A DNA stretch of 64,000 nucleotides from Ancylonema sp. (taxonomy: Eukaryota). Under the pieces are notes generated by a model. It ran no database searches. It saw only the letters and a list, made by a program, of their open reading frames with translations, and was not told the DNA's origin. Position numbers and translations under genes: made by a program. Numbering within the stretch: position 1 is the first letter of the stretch; every line of letters starts with the position of its first letter. Shown one piece after another: positions 26,851-39,781 of the stretch. The DNA lies in the NCBI GenBank assembly GCA_050230475.1, contig JBFLGF010000048.1, positions 1 through 64,000 on the forward strand, given 5' to 3'.

Positions 26851-29800
26851 AAATTGTGCTTAATATAAGCAAGGCAATCTTGCTTAGGAGTTTCCTTACA
26901 CTTTGATAAGAGAAAAAAATTCAGTTTTTGAATTCAACATTCATTACACTTCACAAGTCATATTTATGGCTGATTCAAATGATATTTTTCAAAACCTTAA
27001 TGAACACGGAGTTCAGCCACAAAATCAGGCACCCATCTCCAATCCAGCACCCCCACAACCTCCCCCCCCGGATCTGCCTACTCCTGAACCACTCCCCTTT
27101 TTGGGAGACCCTACAAATTTTGCTCGGTTTCAGCTTAAATTGATTCATTTTTTCTACAATCATGATACTTCTTTTCCTACTCCCTTCACTTGGGTTATGT
27201 TTACGCTAACTAAACTCGAGGGAGCTCCTGACAAATGGCTACTGAATCATGTCCATCCGACACGAACCTACTCCCCGCAAACTGGGATTACATGGAGGTC
27301 CTCTCAGAATTGCGGCTTTTTTTCGGTGGGGCTGCCACACTTCAGTCCCACGAACGTGACCTGCGTACCCTTCGACAAAACGGTTTTGTGTTAGACTTGG
27401 CTATTGCCTTTCAGACTATAACCCAGTCCTTTAACCCACGCTAGGGTGACCATCCTCTCATTTTTATCTTTTCAGAAAAGTTGAAAGAAAATATACGATT
27501 TGAGCTTGCGGCCAGGGGTGCCATACCTGCCAAATTCTCGGAGTACGTGAGTGCAGCCATTGCGGTGGAGCAAAATTAGGCTGCAGCGGTTCTCTCCAAA
27601 ACCCAGCAGCAACCTCGCTCTCCCTTTTCCCCTTAGCCCAATAAGCCTCCTTCCCCTCCCCTTCCGTTTCCCCCGTCACCCCCTCCTCTCTCCCACCATG
27701 TCCCCATGGATCTGGATGCTACCCGAGGTCCCGAGGCCCACTCACCCTTGATGAACGTCAACGCCGGGCTGCCACGGCTTGTGTGGTTATTGTGGTCAGT
27801 CGGGCATCTCATTGTTGCCTGCCCCGCTGCCTCCCGCGTGGCCCTCGTCTACAAGCCAGATCTGTTCAGCCCCTCCCCCAAAACCCGTATTACTCGTCGG
27901 CAAGTTTTCAGCCCTTACTTGCTGCCTACAAGTATATGCCAGCCCCACAAGGACCTTTTCCGGGTCCCTGGATGGCCCTTCCCTCTCCCCACACCTCCTT
28001 CAACCCACGTGCCCACCAGCCAAAAAACGATCAGCCAACCAGCCAGTAGGGGTCTAGGTGGGTGGCTCTCTCCCAATCCCCACACCCCTTCCCTATCCTC
28101 AACCTTGCATTTGTCTCTTCTAGTCCACCTCCTCGTCCCCAACCACCCTCCTATACCTGTTCGGGCGTTAGTCGATTCTGGCGCCTCGGCTAGTTTTTTG
28201 GATCCTTCCCTCCTCCACCAATACAACCTGCACCCTCTCCCCCACCCTCAGCCCATCCCTGTGCAGTTAATTGACGGCAGCAGTCCATCTACAGGACCCA
28301 TTACCCACTATTTCCGAGCCCACCTTCGGGTTCATGCCAGCCATTCCGAACACCTTTTCAGCTTACCCCCCTCGCTCATTTCCAGTTGGTGCTGGGTTTT
28401 CCTTGGCTGGCCCGCCACAACCCTCGTATTGACTGGAGTTTGGCAGGGTACCCTCATCTTTGCCTCTCCTTTTCGTTCTACCACCTGCCTCTTCCCTCCC
28501 CAAACACCCCTCCCCTTTCCCCCCCCAACCTCTGTCTCCCAGGGAGACACAAAAGAACCACCCAGGGTTCCCAGACAACCTGCACCGGAGCAAACACAAG
28601 AACCTCCGAAGGAGCACCCGCTCCACGCTCCTTCCGTGCCACCCCTCTCCCACACCCTCGCAGCCACCTCCTCTCCCAACCCCCCTTCCCCTCCGTCCCT
28701 GTCTTCTTTCCCTCCTCTTCTTCCCACCCCCCAACCTAATCCCTCCCTCTACGCCAAAATTCCCCAAGAATACCATGACTACCTGGACGTCTTCTCGGAG
28801 GCCCAGGCCAACGTCCTTCCTCCCCACAGGAAAGTACCAGTACGACCTGGAGATCCCTCTACAACCCGGCACGGCTCCACCCTCCCATCTACCCCATGTC
28901 TGCCCCAGAATTGGTTGAGATGAAAAAGTATGTCAAAACGTACCTCGCCAATGGCTTCATTCGGCCCTCCAAGTCGCCTGTAGCTGCTTCTGTCATGTTC
29001 GTCCAACGGCCCGATGGCAAGCTGCGGCTGGTTGTGGACTTCAGGGGGCTCAACAAGGTTACTGTTAAAAACCGCTACCCCCTCCCCCTCATACCTGAAA
29101 TGTTGGATCGTCACAAGGCCAGGATCTTCACAAAGAATTGACCTCAGGAATGCATACACCAAGTCAGGGTCAAGGAGGGGGATGAATGGAAAACAGCATT
29201 CTGATGCAAGGAGGGGCACTTCGAATATCAAGTGTGCTCCCAATGTTAGGGGCGACGAGATGGAAGAGACGCACCTAGCTATAACGATAAGCATGTTCAC
29301 AAGAGAGCGGAAAGGGAATGGGAATGATGGGTAATCAAGGGGTGAACTACATGAGTTGATTGGAGCAACTATAAGGTTGCTCCTATCGAGTATCTATACT
29401 AGGAATGAAGGTGAACACTAGACACACAATATGGGATAACTGAACTCGATATAACGATAGCTTACTCGGTATAGCAATAGATAAGCTCTCAAGGGAAAAC
29501 ATCACTCTAAATGCACACTCGCTATAAGAACAACTGAAACTCTAGAGGCACTCTAGTGCGAGTAGGCACACTCGTGGGAACACTAGTGACTAAAGAGAGT
29601 GGAGCCTAACACCCAAGGATCTACCAATGCGCCAGCCATGTTCCAGCATTTCATGAATGACATTCTCAAAGATTTTATGAGAGAGTACCTGGACCTCATC
29701 GCGGTGGGTATCCTCGATGACGTCATTGTCTTCTCTGAATCGCTCTCTGATCACGTTCTCCACGTGCGCAGCATTTTGGAGATCCTGCGACACCACAAAC

Positions 29801-30190
29801 TGTATGCAAAAGTGGAAAAATGTGAGTTTCACAAGGACCAGATGACCTTCGTCGGGTATCTGGTCTCAAGCATGGATCCAACTAAGGTTTCGGCTGTACT
29901 GGATTGGCCTACCCCTAAAACTGTGAAGGAAGTGCAATCTTACCTGGGATTTGCTAACTTCTACAGAAAGTTCATCAACAACTACTCTGCCCTCACTACC
30001 CCTCTCACCTCCCTTACCCACAAAAGCACCCAAATTTGTCTGGTCTCCAGAGGCGGAGGCGGCCTTCAAAACTCTGCAGCAGGCCTTTACAACAGCTCTC
30101 ATTCTGCAACACTTTCAGCCAACCCAGCCCCTGACAATCGAAGCAGACGCCTCCGACTTCGCCCTCGGCTACATCATGTCTTAGCCCTCG
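26851..30190 (+). mobile_element. Chromovirus family A 5' half: LTR end (26900), PBS, gag, protease, RT, start of RNase H; frameshifted
   Basis: ...CCTTACA then CTTTGATAAGAG; PEPLPFLGD gag; ALVDSGAS protease; GKLRLVVDFRGLN, NAPAMFQ, ILDDVIV RT. Confidence 0.92.
29244..29611 (-). repeat. Solo LTR, chromovirus family C, inserted in RT
   Basis: TG...CA, perfect TSD CCCAA, homologous to 60084-60453 and 56580-56882. Confidence 0.95.
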
Positions 30191-32659
30191 GCCTTTTCCA
30201 ACAAATCACTACACGGGGGAAATTCTGACTCCAGTCAGCCTCCAAGCCATGGTTGTGTATGGAGAATGCCCTTTGCGGTCCGTCTGCTTCAGATGAAGCA
30301 CTTGCGTCTATGTCTAGTGAGTAGAACAAGTGAGGTGGTACACCCATCGTTCGGTAATTCATGGGATCCAGGTGAAATGACACCCAGACTTGGGGGGAGG
30401 TTCACACACAATGACTAGAAAATACTTGTGTCATTGGGCAACCTCATGTATTGATCATCAATGACATATGTTGCAGGTCTCAACACTACTGTGTGAGACG
30501 TCGCCAACAAACACACTTGGGCTGTGCCACCTACTCGTGAGGAGTCGGACCCAGCCAGCATTGGGGTTGGTGTGCAATAACAAACATATTATTGCGGATG
30601 TGGAGACAATTTGAGTTGGAGTCATGACCCATCAATATGAATTGGCAGCGATCGTCACCATGTCATTCAATGGACACCCAAGTACAATTATGGTACACGA
30701 ATTCTCATTTGACATGAAATTCAATTGAAATTATTTTAAGCCACACCCTTATGACACAAGGAGACTCCAAGACATTTGCAAAGATTTCGGCGCGGGAGCA
30801 TGCCTTAGCTTTGGGGGGGGAGTTAGATCATGTTGTCATTTTTTGGCATGTGTGACCCCATACTTAGGGTATGGGAGAGGCTAGAGATGTTTTCAATGAT
30901 ACCTCACGCGTGTGAGAAGAGCCATACTTGTACATTTTGACCATTCGAGATGGATCATTTATAGTATTATTGGTGTGCACATGTGTGTCCATGACACGAT
31001 TCTATTCGGTACGACACATACTAAGAGTGCCGGGACGCTTATTAAGTGTTCGCTATGCCACACGTGCGAGTTGGAACGTGTGAGGTGGAATTCGGTATAG
31101 ACGATCTAGACGTTGTAAGAGGAATGAAGCCACGCGTGTGAGGGTGGTGTATTAGTGGTGTAGAGTCTACAATGCTAGCTTGCACGACAATTGTTATGTC
31201 ATATGCCTATACGGTATTAGTTTGCCGGTTAAATAACCTGCATGACGGCATAGTTGTACCTTCGGCTTATTTCGAGCAAAATGCACAACTAGTTGCAAAA
31301 TGCACTTTTGGTTGTGAAACGCATGTTTAGTTTAGTTTCGGAAAAACTCGATCTAAATTGGATTCGGGAGTTGGTTTAAGTTGTTCTTATAACGCGTAGT
31401 GACTTTAGTCTAGAGTACAATCATGACTTAGAGTCAGTCGTTTTAAACAAAAAGACGGAACGCGCGAGTGTTGGCATGATATGGGCAGCTATTGATTAAA
31501 CGGTCCCGCTAAGGGTGCGGCATCCCACGGATCTAGAGGGGCCACGAAATAATAGTCCCCCGAACAAAGTCGACCATTTGATCCATGCAACCTCGAATCA
31601 GCATGGCAAATACTTCAAACATTGTTGTGCAATTCGACCAAAAAACGTATAAGTGAAGGACAACTGAACTTGAGTCAAAATGGTGCGGCAGGTCGTGAAT
31701 TTCGAGGCAATCTTTCATGTTATTAAAGACACTCTTGCATGGGCTCACGCAGGGGAGCTTTACTTCTCTATGGGTGGTAGTTCAATATGTTTAATTTGCT
31801 AACGATTTGAGAACGATTTCAGATGCAAGGTGCATGAGGATGGTGTGGGTATAGTGTTCCCTCTTAGGTCAAGGTTGTACCACCTTGTACCACACGAGTG
31901 TGAGTGGCACGTGTGAAGCGTTGGGTTGTGTACCGCCGTAGGGCTCAACATGCTTGAGTTGGCACATGTGAAGTGGATGGCAGTGCATTGTGATAGTTAC
32001 AGCAGTGGCCACACATGTGAGGTGGGTGTTGAGACGATATGGTGAAATTAGTACGCGTGAGTTAGAGTATGCTATAACGAACGGCATGGCATATATAATG
32101 AGTGACTTGCTTTGTTATCTCCCCGTTTTTGGTCGATGTCTGCACATGTTATACCTTGACCTGACTCTATGAAGGCAAATATCAATTCTGACTACATGCA
32201 ACATGGTAAGTTGTGCCCATGCAAGTTCAATTTGGTGAGAGGTAGTTTGTTTCCGCCATTTTGGTGCGTACATCTCCAATCACAATCGTGATGGAGCGGG
32301 AAGTGCAACAGTGTCACTTCAGATAAACTTTGTATTGTGCTATTGATTTGATTGCCTTGGTAATTCATGTGTTTATATATTAGCACACTCCATACTCATG
32401 TGTGAAATCCATAATTCATTATTTGATTGCAAACTTCAATGGCTCTTTCGAAACATTTCTCATGTCCATAATATTTGTGTCAAAATATTTTTTCTTGTCA
32501 TACCTCCACAAGTCTTTGATTATTTCTTCAAACATCAGCTCAAACTTGACAATAGCACTAGCAATGTGATCTTGTGATAGATACACAGAAGTGGAAAGAT
32601 TCTTAAGAGATTGAAAACTTAAAGTCCTTGTGTTTCTTCCCCTTTCCTTCTTAAGAGAT

Positions 32660-35382
32660 TTAAAACTTGAAGTCCTTTTGTTTCTTCCCCTGTCCTTCTT
32701 TGTCATTTGCCTTCCTCTTCCTTTGCTTCTCCCTCTGCAACACATGAGCGGTGTGTGTCACCCTCCCTTCTTGGTCCATCCTCCCCCACTTACTTCCCTT
32801 CTCACCTCTGCCACCAAGTCGCTAAAATCTTCCCTCTCTGGACCCTTTTCCACTCGAGCTGCCTCAAACCTGCGCCCTTGCACCCAATCCTGTCACACAT
32901 CCATCCCTTTCCTGCCCATCCATACCAACCCCCCCCTCTATTCACTTTGCTCTGATGGCTGCGTCGTTCAAATCATCCAGCTCCTCTGGCCTCAGTGTGA
33001 TGTCCACCGGGGCTGAGGCCTGGCTCTTATGCACCGCCGCCTGCCCACCCACCGCCCTCTACCCACCTTAGCATCCTACAGGTGTGCCCATACACTTGGC
33101 TGGTCCCCACTCACCTTGGCAGCTGAGGTGGCTGCTGCCCCTGGTACCACATACCTGCACCACTCCCCACACCCCACACGGAAATCAGCTTTCATTCCAG
33201 CTAGAAGAGGGGCCATGGGGTGGGTATGCTCACGGTGGGTAGACCCCATGAGTGTGCCTGAGGCAATGCGCTCCTCGCGCTGCTCCAGCACTGTGTACAG
33301 CTCTGCCCCACTGTCCTTGCGCTGACCCTTGCGAAGGTCGATCACGTCTGGGGTCTCCACCCCAGTGGGCGTCCTGTATCCACACGCAACCACTCAGATG
33401 GACTTCTTCAACTACCATCTATGTTTCCCTCCCCCCCCCTTACGATGAGATGGTATCTACAGATGCCATGCCGGCTGCAATGTCTTCTGGTGCCAGCACT
33501 GTAGCCTCCTCTTCCTCTTCCTTCTCTTCCACTTCCTCCTCTTCCTCCTCCTCCTCTTCTTCTTCTTCTACCTCCAGATCTCCCCAGTGGGCTGTCTTAT
33601 TCACTGCCTCTTCCTCGTACTCCTCCTCTGCCACTTCCTGTGCTCCAAACACATCGCCATACAGGGGGCGACCAAACTCATCCACGGGCGGCTTCCCCCA
33701 TCCTCCAATGTGGTACCCAAAAGAGGAGCCGTAAGGGATGGGGGCGTTGAGTCCAGGGATTTTCAGGTGTGGGTAGGAGGGTGGGGGCCCATATCTTTGC
33801 ATGTTGATGAGCCAGGGCGATGGGGAGCCGTCGGTCATGCCCAGCGCCTCCCTGAGGTCGCGTGATATGTACCCGGGCTTCATGTCACGCAGCTTGGCTT
33901 CGAACTCCTTCCCCTCGTGGTACAGCTCGCCCAGCAGCGTGAGTTTGGGCTTGCTCTGGAAGCGGAAGAAGGCGTCGTGCAGCACCTGGTAGTCGATGTC
34001 CATCTTGCCCATCTTCGGCTGCATCTTCTCGCGCTGTTTGGCCTTCAGCTTCTTCGAGTCCTCCTTCTCGACGTACGCCTGACGAATCTTCTCGATCCCT
34101 GTGGCAGCAATGAAGTCAGGCAGCTGAAATGGGGTCTTCTCAATCCCCCTCTTCCCCTGAAGGAACTTGCGCTTCTGGCTCCAGTGACGGGGCACAGGCA
34201 CAGAGTTGCGGTACGCCTTCAGGAACACCAGCAGACGCGGGTCAGCCGCGGTGGCATCCCACACCTCGACCACGTCTGGACGGGCGCAGATCTGCTTCAG
34301 CTCGGCCACCTTCATGCGGCGCTGAAGCTTCTTCTTCTTATTGGACATGGAACCATCCAACTCATTCTCCTCCCCACCCTCCTCATCGCTGGAGTCTGCA
34401 TCTCTCCATGATGCCATTCCTGGCCGCCCCCACCTCCTCATCGGTCGCCCCCTCCTCCTGTCCTCCACCACAACTATTCTCAATGAAAATCCAGAGCTGG
34501 GGTTTCATTTTTGGGTGAGTAGGAACACAACATAAGGGACCTTGGTCTCTTCTTTTTCAACTTTAAGGTCAGGGTTTCACATTCAGGTTTTAGGTTCCAG
34601 GTATCTGATTGCAGGTTCCAGGCAACACGCTTCAGATTTCAAGCTACTCCCTGGGGTTGCAGGTTTTAGGTACAGGGGAAAGAGAGTGTAAGACTTTTGA
34701 CCACATATTTCCCAGTTTCCGTTCCCGATTCAAAAATATGTTAAACTAGAAATCCCAGTGCGGCGTGCAATAGGGGTAAGGCGCACTGGTTGGGAGAGCT
34801 GCGTCGTGAATTTTTTAAACACTCTCAAAAAGTCTTCATAGCCGGCATCTGCAGCAGAAGTGGGATCAATGACCGGAGCTTCAGCCACATACTCTATTTC
34901 TATGCTGGTAGGTACCTGACACACCAAAAAAAAAAAGAAGAGGTTAATTCCCTTACGAGGGTGCGATAGAGGAACTCTATTATGCAAGAACAAAGTGGAT
35001 AATGAAGGTAGTTATGATGCAGGCCCGAGCCAATGACGCTGTAATGACAACAAAATTGTAACTGGCGTGAACTAAAGTGCAATTGCCAGCTTCCCAATTA
35101 CGGGGGTGCGTCTAGCTTATTGTCAAAAACTGTGTCGAACGATGGACTGGAAGTCCCCGGACGCATCCGAAGTGATAACCTCACCTCCTCCACATTTCGG
35201 TCACCGTCGCCTGCCTTGAAAGGCTCTTCATCATCTCCTCCGACTCTATGAACTGCATGCGTCCCCTTCTTCTTCTGCTTCCGTCTCCGACGTCGTCTTT
35301 CAACCTCATTTTCTTTACCACTCTGCTTTTGGACTGCATCTACAGTTGTCCCAGCGCCTGTACCATCTGATTTAACAGCCAT
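32660..35382 (-). CDS. SF3B2: Splicing factor 3B subunit 2 (SF3B2/SAP145/CUS1), at least 8 exons
   Basis: Exons approx 35382-35185, 34915-34787, ~34457-33444, 33373-33234, 33154-33115, 33040-32946, 32869-32806, 32734-32660. Motifs PDVVEVWD..A.DP.LLV.LKA.RN.VPVPRHW, MDIDYQVLHDAFF, PWLINMQRYGPPPSYP.LKIPGLNAPIP, GGWGKPPVDE, EDFSDLVAE, KDFKF*. Two junctions have unresolved phase. Confidence 0.93.
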
Positions 35383-36153
35383 GCAATGACACTTCAGGCA
35401 GTGTCTAGCACAGCTGACAACCTACTACGTTATAGAATAAATCGGTGCAAGCGACCGCGCACAGAACTGAGGGACTCGTGTACCGCAACAGATATCAGAT
35501 TCAGAGCAACTCCGAGATCCGAGCTCCGTTCTGACCTCACTTTGGACAAGTCAAGTTTGAGTCAAGTTGGATTTGCTGACGTTTTGGCGTATATCAGCGT
35601 GGCCTTTGGCGATCCAACTTGCCCGACCAGTGGACTCAACCAGGTTTTTTTAGCGGGGATTACTCAGAGCAGGATTTATGGGCGTTCAGATTTACCGTTC
35701 GTTAGAGATCAGATTGGCCGATAACTCGAGCTATTCTGGTCGCGGTTATCGGTTGATCAGGTCGAATATCCTGAGGTTTCTTTGCTGTCAAGTTATGGTC
35801 ACGCTCAGTTTCAGGCACCGTCGTTGGTTCGATCTACATGTGACAGAAGACGCGGAGATATTTGGTCGAGTGCGATGGCACGTCAGCAATTTACACGAGA
35901 CAGAGAACGTCGTGCGTGCACCACGGCATCATTTTGAGTTCGGTTCATTCCGATCTTTGCTCAGATTTGGGGTATATTCTGAGCGCGGATCGAAAATTTG
36001 GTCAAGATCGGAACGAAAAAGTCTGAAAAGTGGATCGGATCCCGCCCATAACTTCATTCCGCACCGCGCGCTCAGTTTATATCAATCTGAACCTGCGATC
36101 TGAACGCCCATAACATCGGCTCATAACTAGGTCTCCTTCAGGGAGCTAAGATA

Positions 36154-36758
36154 CCGTAGAAACCGGATTTAATAACCCACCCGGGCCAAATTTAGTTATT
36201 TTATGTACACCCCGGATGGACTAAGGGTTATTCAAAAATACCCCACGCCAATACCCCACCATCGTGAATTCAAATTATTATCATGTTTTCATACCCCACG
36301 CCTACCTACCACCCCCACCACCCATCCCTAACCTTTCTACTACAATTCTTGCCATGGGTGTACTACTCCAACTTAAATGCAACTTCATATCGATCGTCAC
36401 TTGCAAGATGGTGATATGTATGTTAACAACACAATCATTGAAGAGTTTATGCATTGAGATTCACTTGTTCATTGCAAATGTCATTGTTAGCATACAGACA
36501 CGAATCCAAATCATTCCTTAATTACTCGACCGCTCAAACATGATCGATTTTACAAGGTTTCCCCCAACCAACTCATGAATTAGCTTTGTGTTACCTTTCC
36601 TTTCCTTTGAATTAATTTACACAACACCCCAAAAAACCCGTAATAATTATTTTAGGATTTCACACCTCACCCGAGGCCAACGAAAAATAAATATATATGT
36701 TTACCATACCCCACGCATTCTTAATTAATTAGTGGGGTATTCATTCCGGTTTCTACGG
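36154..36758. mobile_element. 605-bp MITE of Tc1/mariner type
   Basis: 27-bp TIRs CCGTAGAAACCGGATTTAATAACCCAC / GTGGGGTATTCATTCCGGTTTCTACGG (3 mismatches), TA on both sides, internal ATACCCCAC repeats, no ORF. Confidence 0.85.
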
Positions 36759-38523
36759 TATATTGCTTAGCTCTCTTGGAAGAGCTAAGAATATCGGTTG
36801 CTTTGGTCGTTTGGGGTGTCGTACAGTTTGGTCCGTACATTCGTGACAAGTCAGCACTGTTCGCGTTTCGGATTGGCGGATCCGACTTGCGTGTATCGAT
36901 TTCGGGTTGAAAATTTTGAGAACGCCGGAACTGATTCATGATGTTATTGTTTCGTAAGTGTGATGGCGTTGTCTGATTGGCTGGAATTCGCCGTTTTCGT
37001 CCATTGTTTGAAAAAAGAAGCGTGAGATTCCCTTGTACTTTAGGCATATGGAGGTGGTGCAAACGGGGTCCCACCAATTGCGCCGACCACGGGGGGTTAA
37101 AAGAGTTCATTCACATGCGTGGCAAATAAGGTGTGAGGCCCCCTTCTACAACCCATCACTTTCTACTAGTGCTGATTACAAACCCTCATTCCTGTGGGCC
37201 GTGCGTTGTGTTTGAAAAGGGTTCTGACTATCCATTTGGCACTTCAAGCCAGGACCCTCGTGGCACACATAATGAATATTGCCTTTTTGTTACAAGTATT
37301 TGTTATTAGATTTTTTTTATTCAATCTATTATGATATTCAATTTATTCAATGACTCGTTCTCTCATCCATGTCAGACACCATGAGGTGTTGAAAGGAGCA
37401 TGGCTTTTCACAACGCGTTGAGCACATAAATCTTAGCGCATGTGTAGATAGTTTGATCACAATCACAATACAAGTAGGAAGTTTATACAAATATTTCTTA
37501 TCTTTCTCTTTCTCCTCTCTTTCTCTACGCTAACAATCATTGATTCTTAGTATGGAATGTTCATGAATTAAATTGATATATTCCTCTTCATCAACCGTTT
37601 AGCAATATTCACATGGACATTCACATCAATGATACGTCATTGACATACACAATTAGACAAATACACAACTATGCGTCAGCACGCATGCTCAAGTCGCACC
37701 GATCGCTTCTTGACCACACAGTGCAATACCAAAAGCGAAGGCACAATACATCATGTCAAGACTAAAAGGAAGTATCTCAAAATGTCAACAATGCCCTTAA
37801 AGACATTCAAAGCACCGATGGAGTCACTGACATACACACTCATACAAACACACATCTAGACATACACATTAGTTCGTGTCCGCCTAATCTTTATCGTAGT
37901 CCGCGTACTCAACCTCACACGCACTATATATGAGATAGGTATGGGCAGGTTTCTTCAGGGTTTCTAGGCATATTATCTTAATAAATATGGGCATCACACA
38001 CTTATAGTCAAACTAAATACAATGTGAATTGAATAGATTTATAGCGGCATAGCAGCAGCATAGCAGCGGCGCAGCAACATGTATTCATACAAAGCAAGTA
38101 GTTTAAGAAAGAGCAAGGTTTAGGTATGTGCTGAAAGAGTTCACTATGATGTTCATTCAAAGTTGATGTTCATTCAAAATTCAGCAACCCCCTTTCGTGA
38201 CTCACTACGGTAAATCGTTGGAGTTGCGACGAACAACATTTTGTGTATCTGTCAATCAGTTCAAAATTTATCCAACAATATATAGAGAGGGAGACAGTGC
38301 GTTATTAACGTAAATTTGTGCATTATAAAAACAAGCAATGGCAATGGCAACAAGAAACGAGCAAGAGGCCACACGCGTTGGCGTTCGGGCTTCACCTTTG
38401 GAGATTCCGAAATAATTTTGAATACCATGGACTACTTGCGACGTCAGGTGGTCGCGTGCGGGCATACCAGTTGTAAGCAATATACTGCAACATGCCATTT
38501 GTACCATAATCACGGCTGGGGGG

Positions 38524-39572
38524 TGTTACATTGTATAGAATCGCATGCCTAAATGAGTAATATCCACCCCCAAGTTGTAGTATCCCCTCTTGAGAAATGT
38601 CTATGCATGTCCCCCAATGCGAGGAAAAATGGATGCAAGTACCAGCATCGAAAGCCAAACTTGAGTTACCAGGTACTCTAGTTTCACAGCCCAAGCAATG
38701 TCATGTGAATGAGTGTAAATGCGCATGACAGGACGCACATAATATTCGTAGACAAGATGGGGGTGCATGAAATGCTAACGGAGTGCTCAAAGACGCAATG
38801 CGTCTCTAAGAGCGATGGGTGAATACATGTGGAAATTCCTTGCCTATAGTTAGCGCATTATTGTTGACCCCAATCATCGATAATCCCATCAATGATTGGT
38901 CCGTCCCATGTAAAGTCTCCCGAACCCAAAGTCAAATGTGAGGTGATATCGGTCTCGGCTATCTATAACATCTGACATGTGTAACATGTGGTAGATCCTG
39001 CGCGCCCGTGTCGTATCCCCAACACCGCCGCCAAACTTAGCATAGCACACTTGCGCTCGCCGTACAGGCAAATATGAAAGCGCCTACCCGTTTATATGCC
39101 ACCGATTCCTCACAGCACGACAGCTGTCGCATTGTATAGAATCGCATGCTTAAATGAGTAATTTCTACCCCCAAGTTGTAATATCCCCTCTTGAGCAATG
39201 TCTATGCATGCCCCCCAATGCGAGGGCAAATGGATGCAAGTACCACCATCGAATGTCAAACTTGAGTCACCCCCCCTGGAGAGGGGGAAAGCTCCCGCAA
39301 CCCCCTCTACGTATAGACACAATGTGGAGGGGTTGTCCGGCGAAGGCATCAACTTGTTGGATGAATTAGACAGCACGAAACACGGAGTAAGTCATCACCC
39401 TCAACTCATAGTGTAGGTGGGGAATGGTCAAATTCCCCACTCACGGAGAGTCAAAGGTAACACAAAGCAAGCAAGCAAGTAACAAGATGAGTCCGCATCA
39501 AGATGATTGAGTACAACGGCACGATGAGATAAGGAAATCACCCAGTCTCCCTAGGAGTAGTACGTAGGTACA
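38524..39572 (-). repeat. Probable 3' terminal repeat (LTR) of the PHD-gypsy element, with internal ~150-bp direct repeat
   Basis: Downstream of the PHD-integrase stop; minus-strand PPT-like GGTAGGAGGGGG (39588-39577) then TGTACC; ends ..TAACA; second copy at 21145-22544. Confidence 0.65.
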
Positions 39573-39781
39573 AAAACCCCCTCCTACCATTTGTTAGATG
39601 GATTTATATGGCTTCGACAGCCGGATTCCAACTTTTTCGGCCGAGGGCGCGAGCCTTTAGGAATTTCAAACATGAATCACAGTAAGGGTTGCGTATGAGC
39701 ACTTAGATATGACCATCATGTGCATTTTAGACCCGTCGGTCTCACATAAAACAACATGTCTAAATGTTGATCCATTATGTA

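Noticed and set aside
30207..30230. CACTA transposon end (CACTACACGGGG) where the chromovirus breaks off
   Set aside because: No convincing complementary terminus with a 3-bp TSD and no transposase found
32419..32745. 108-aa ORF as a separate gene
   Set aside because: Overlaps the last SF3B2 exon and 3' UTR in another frame; no supporting motif
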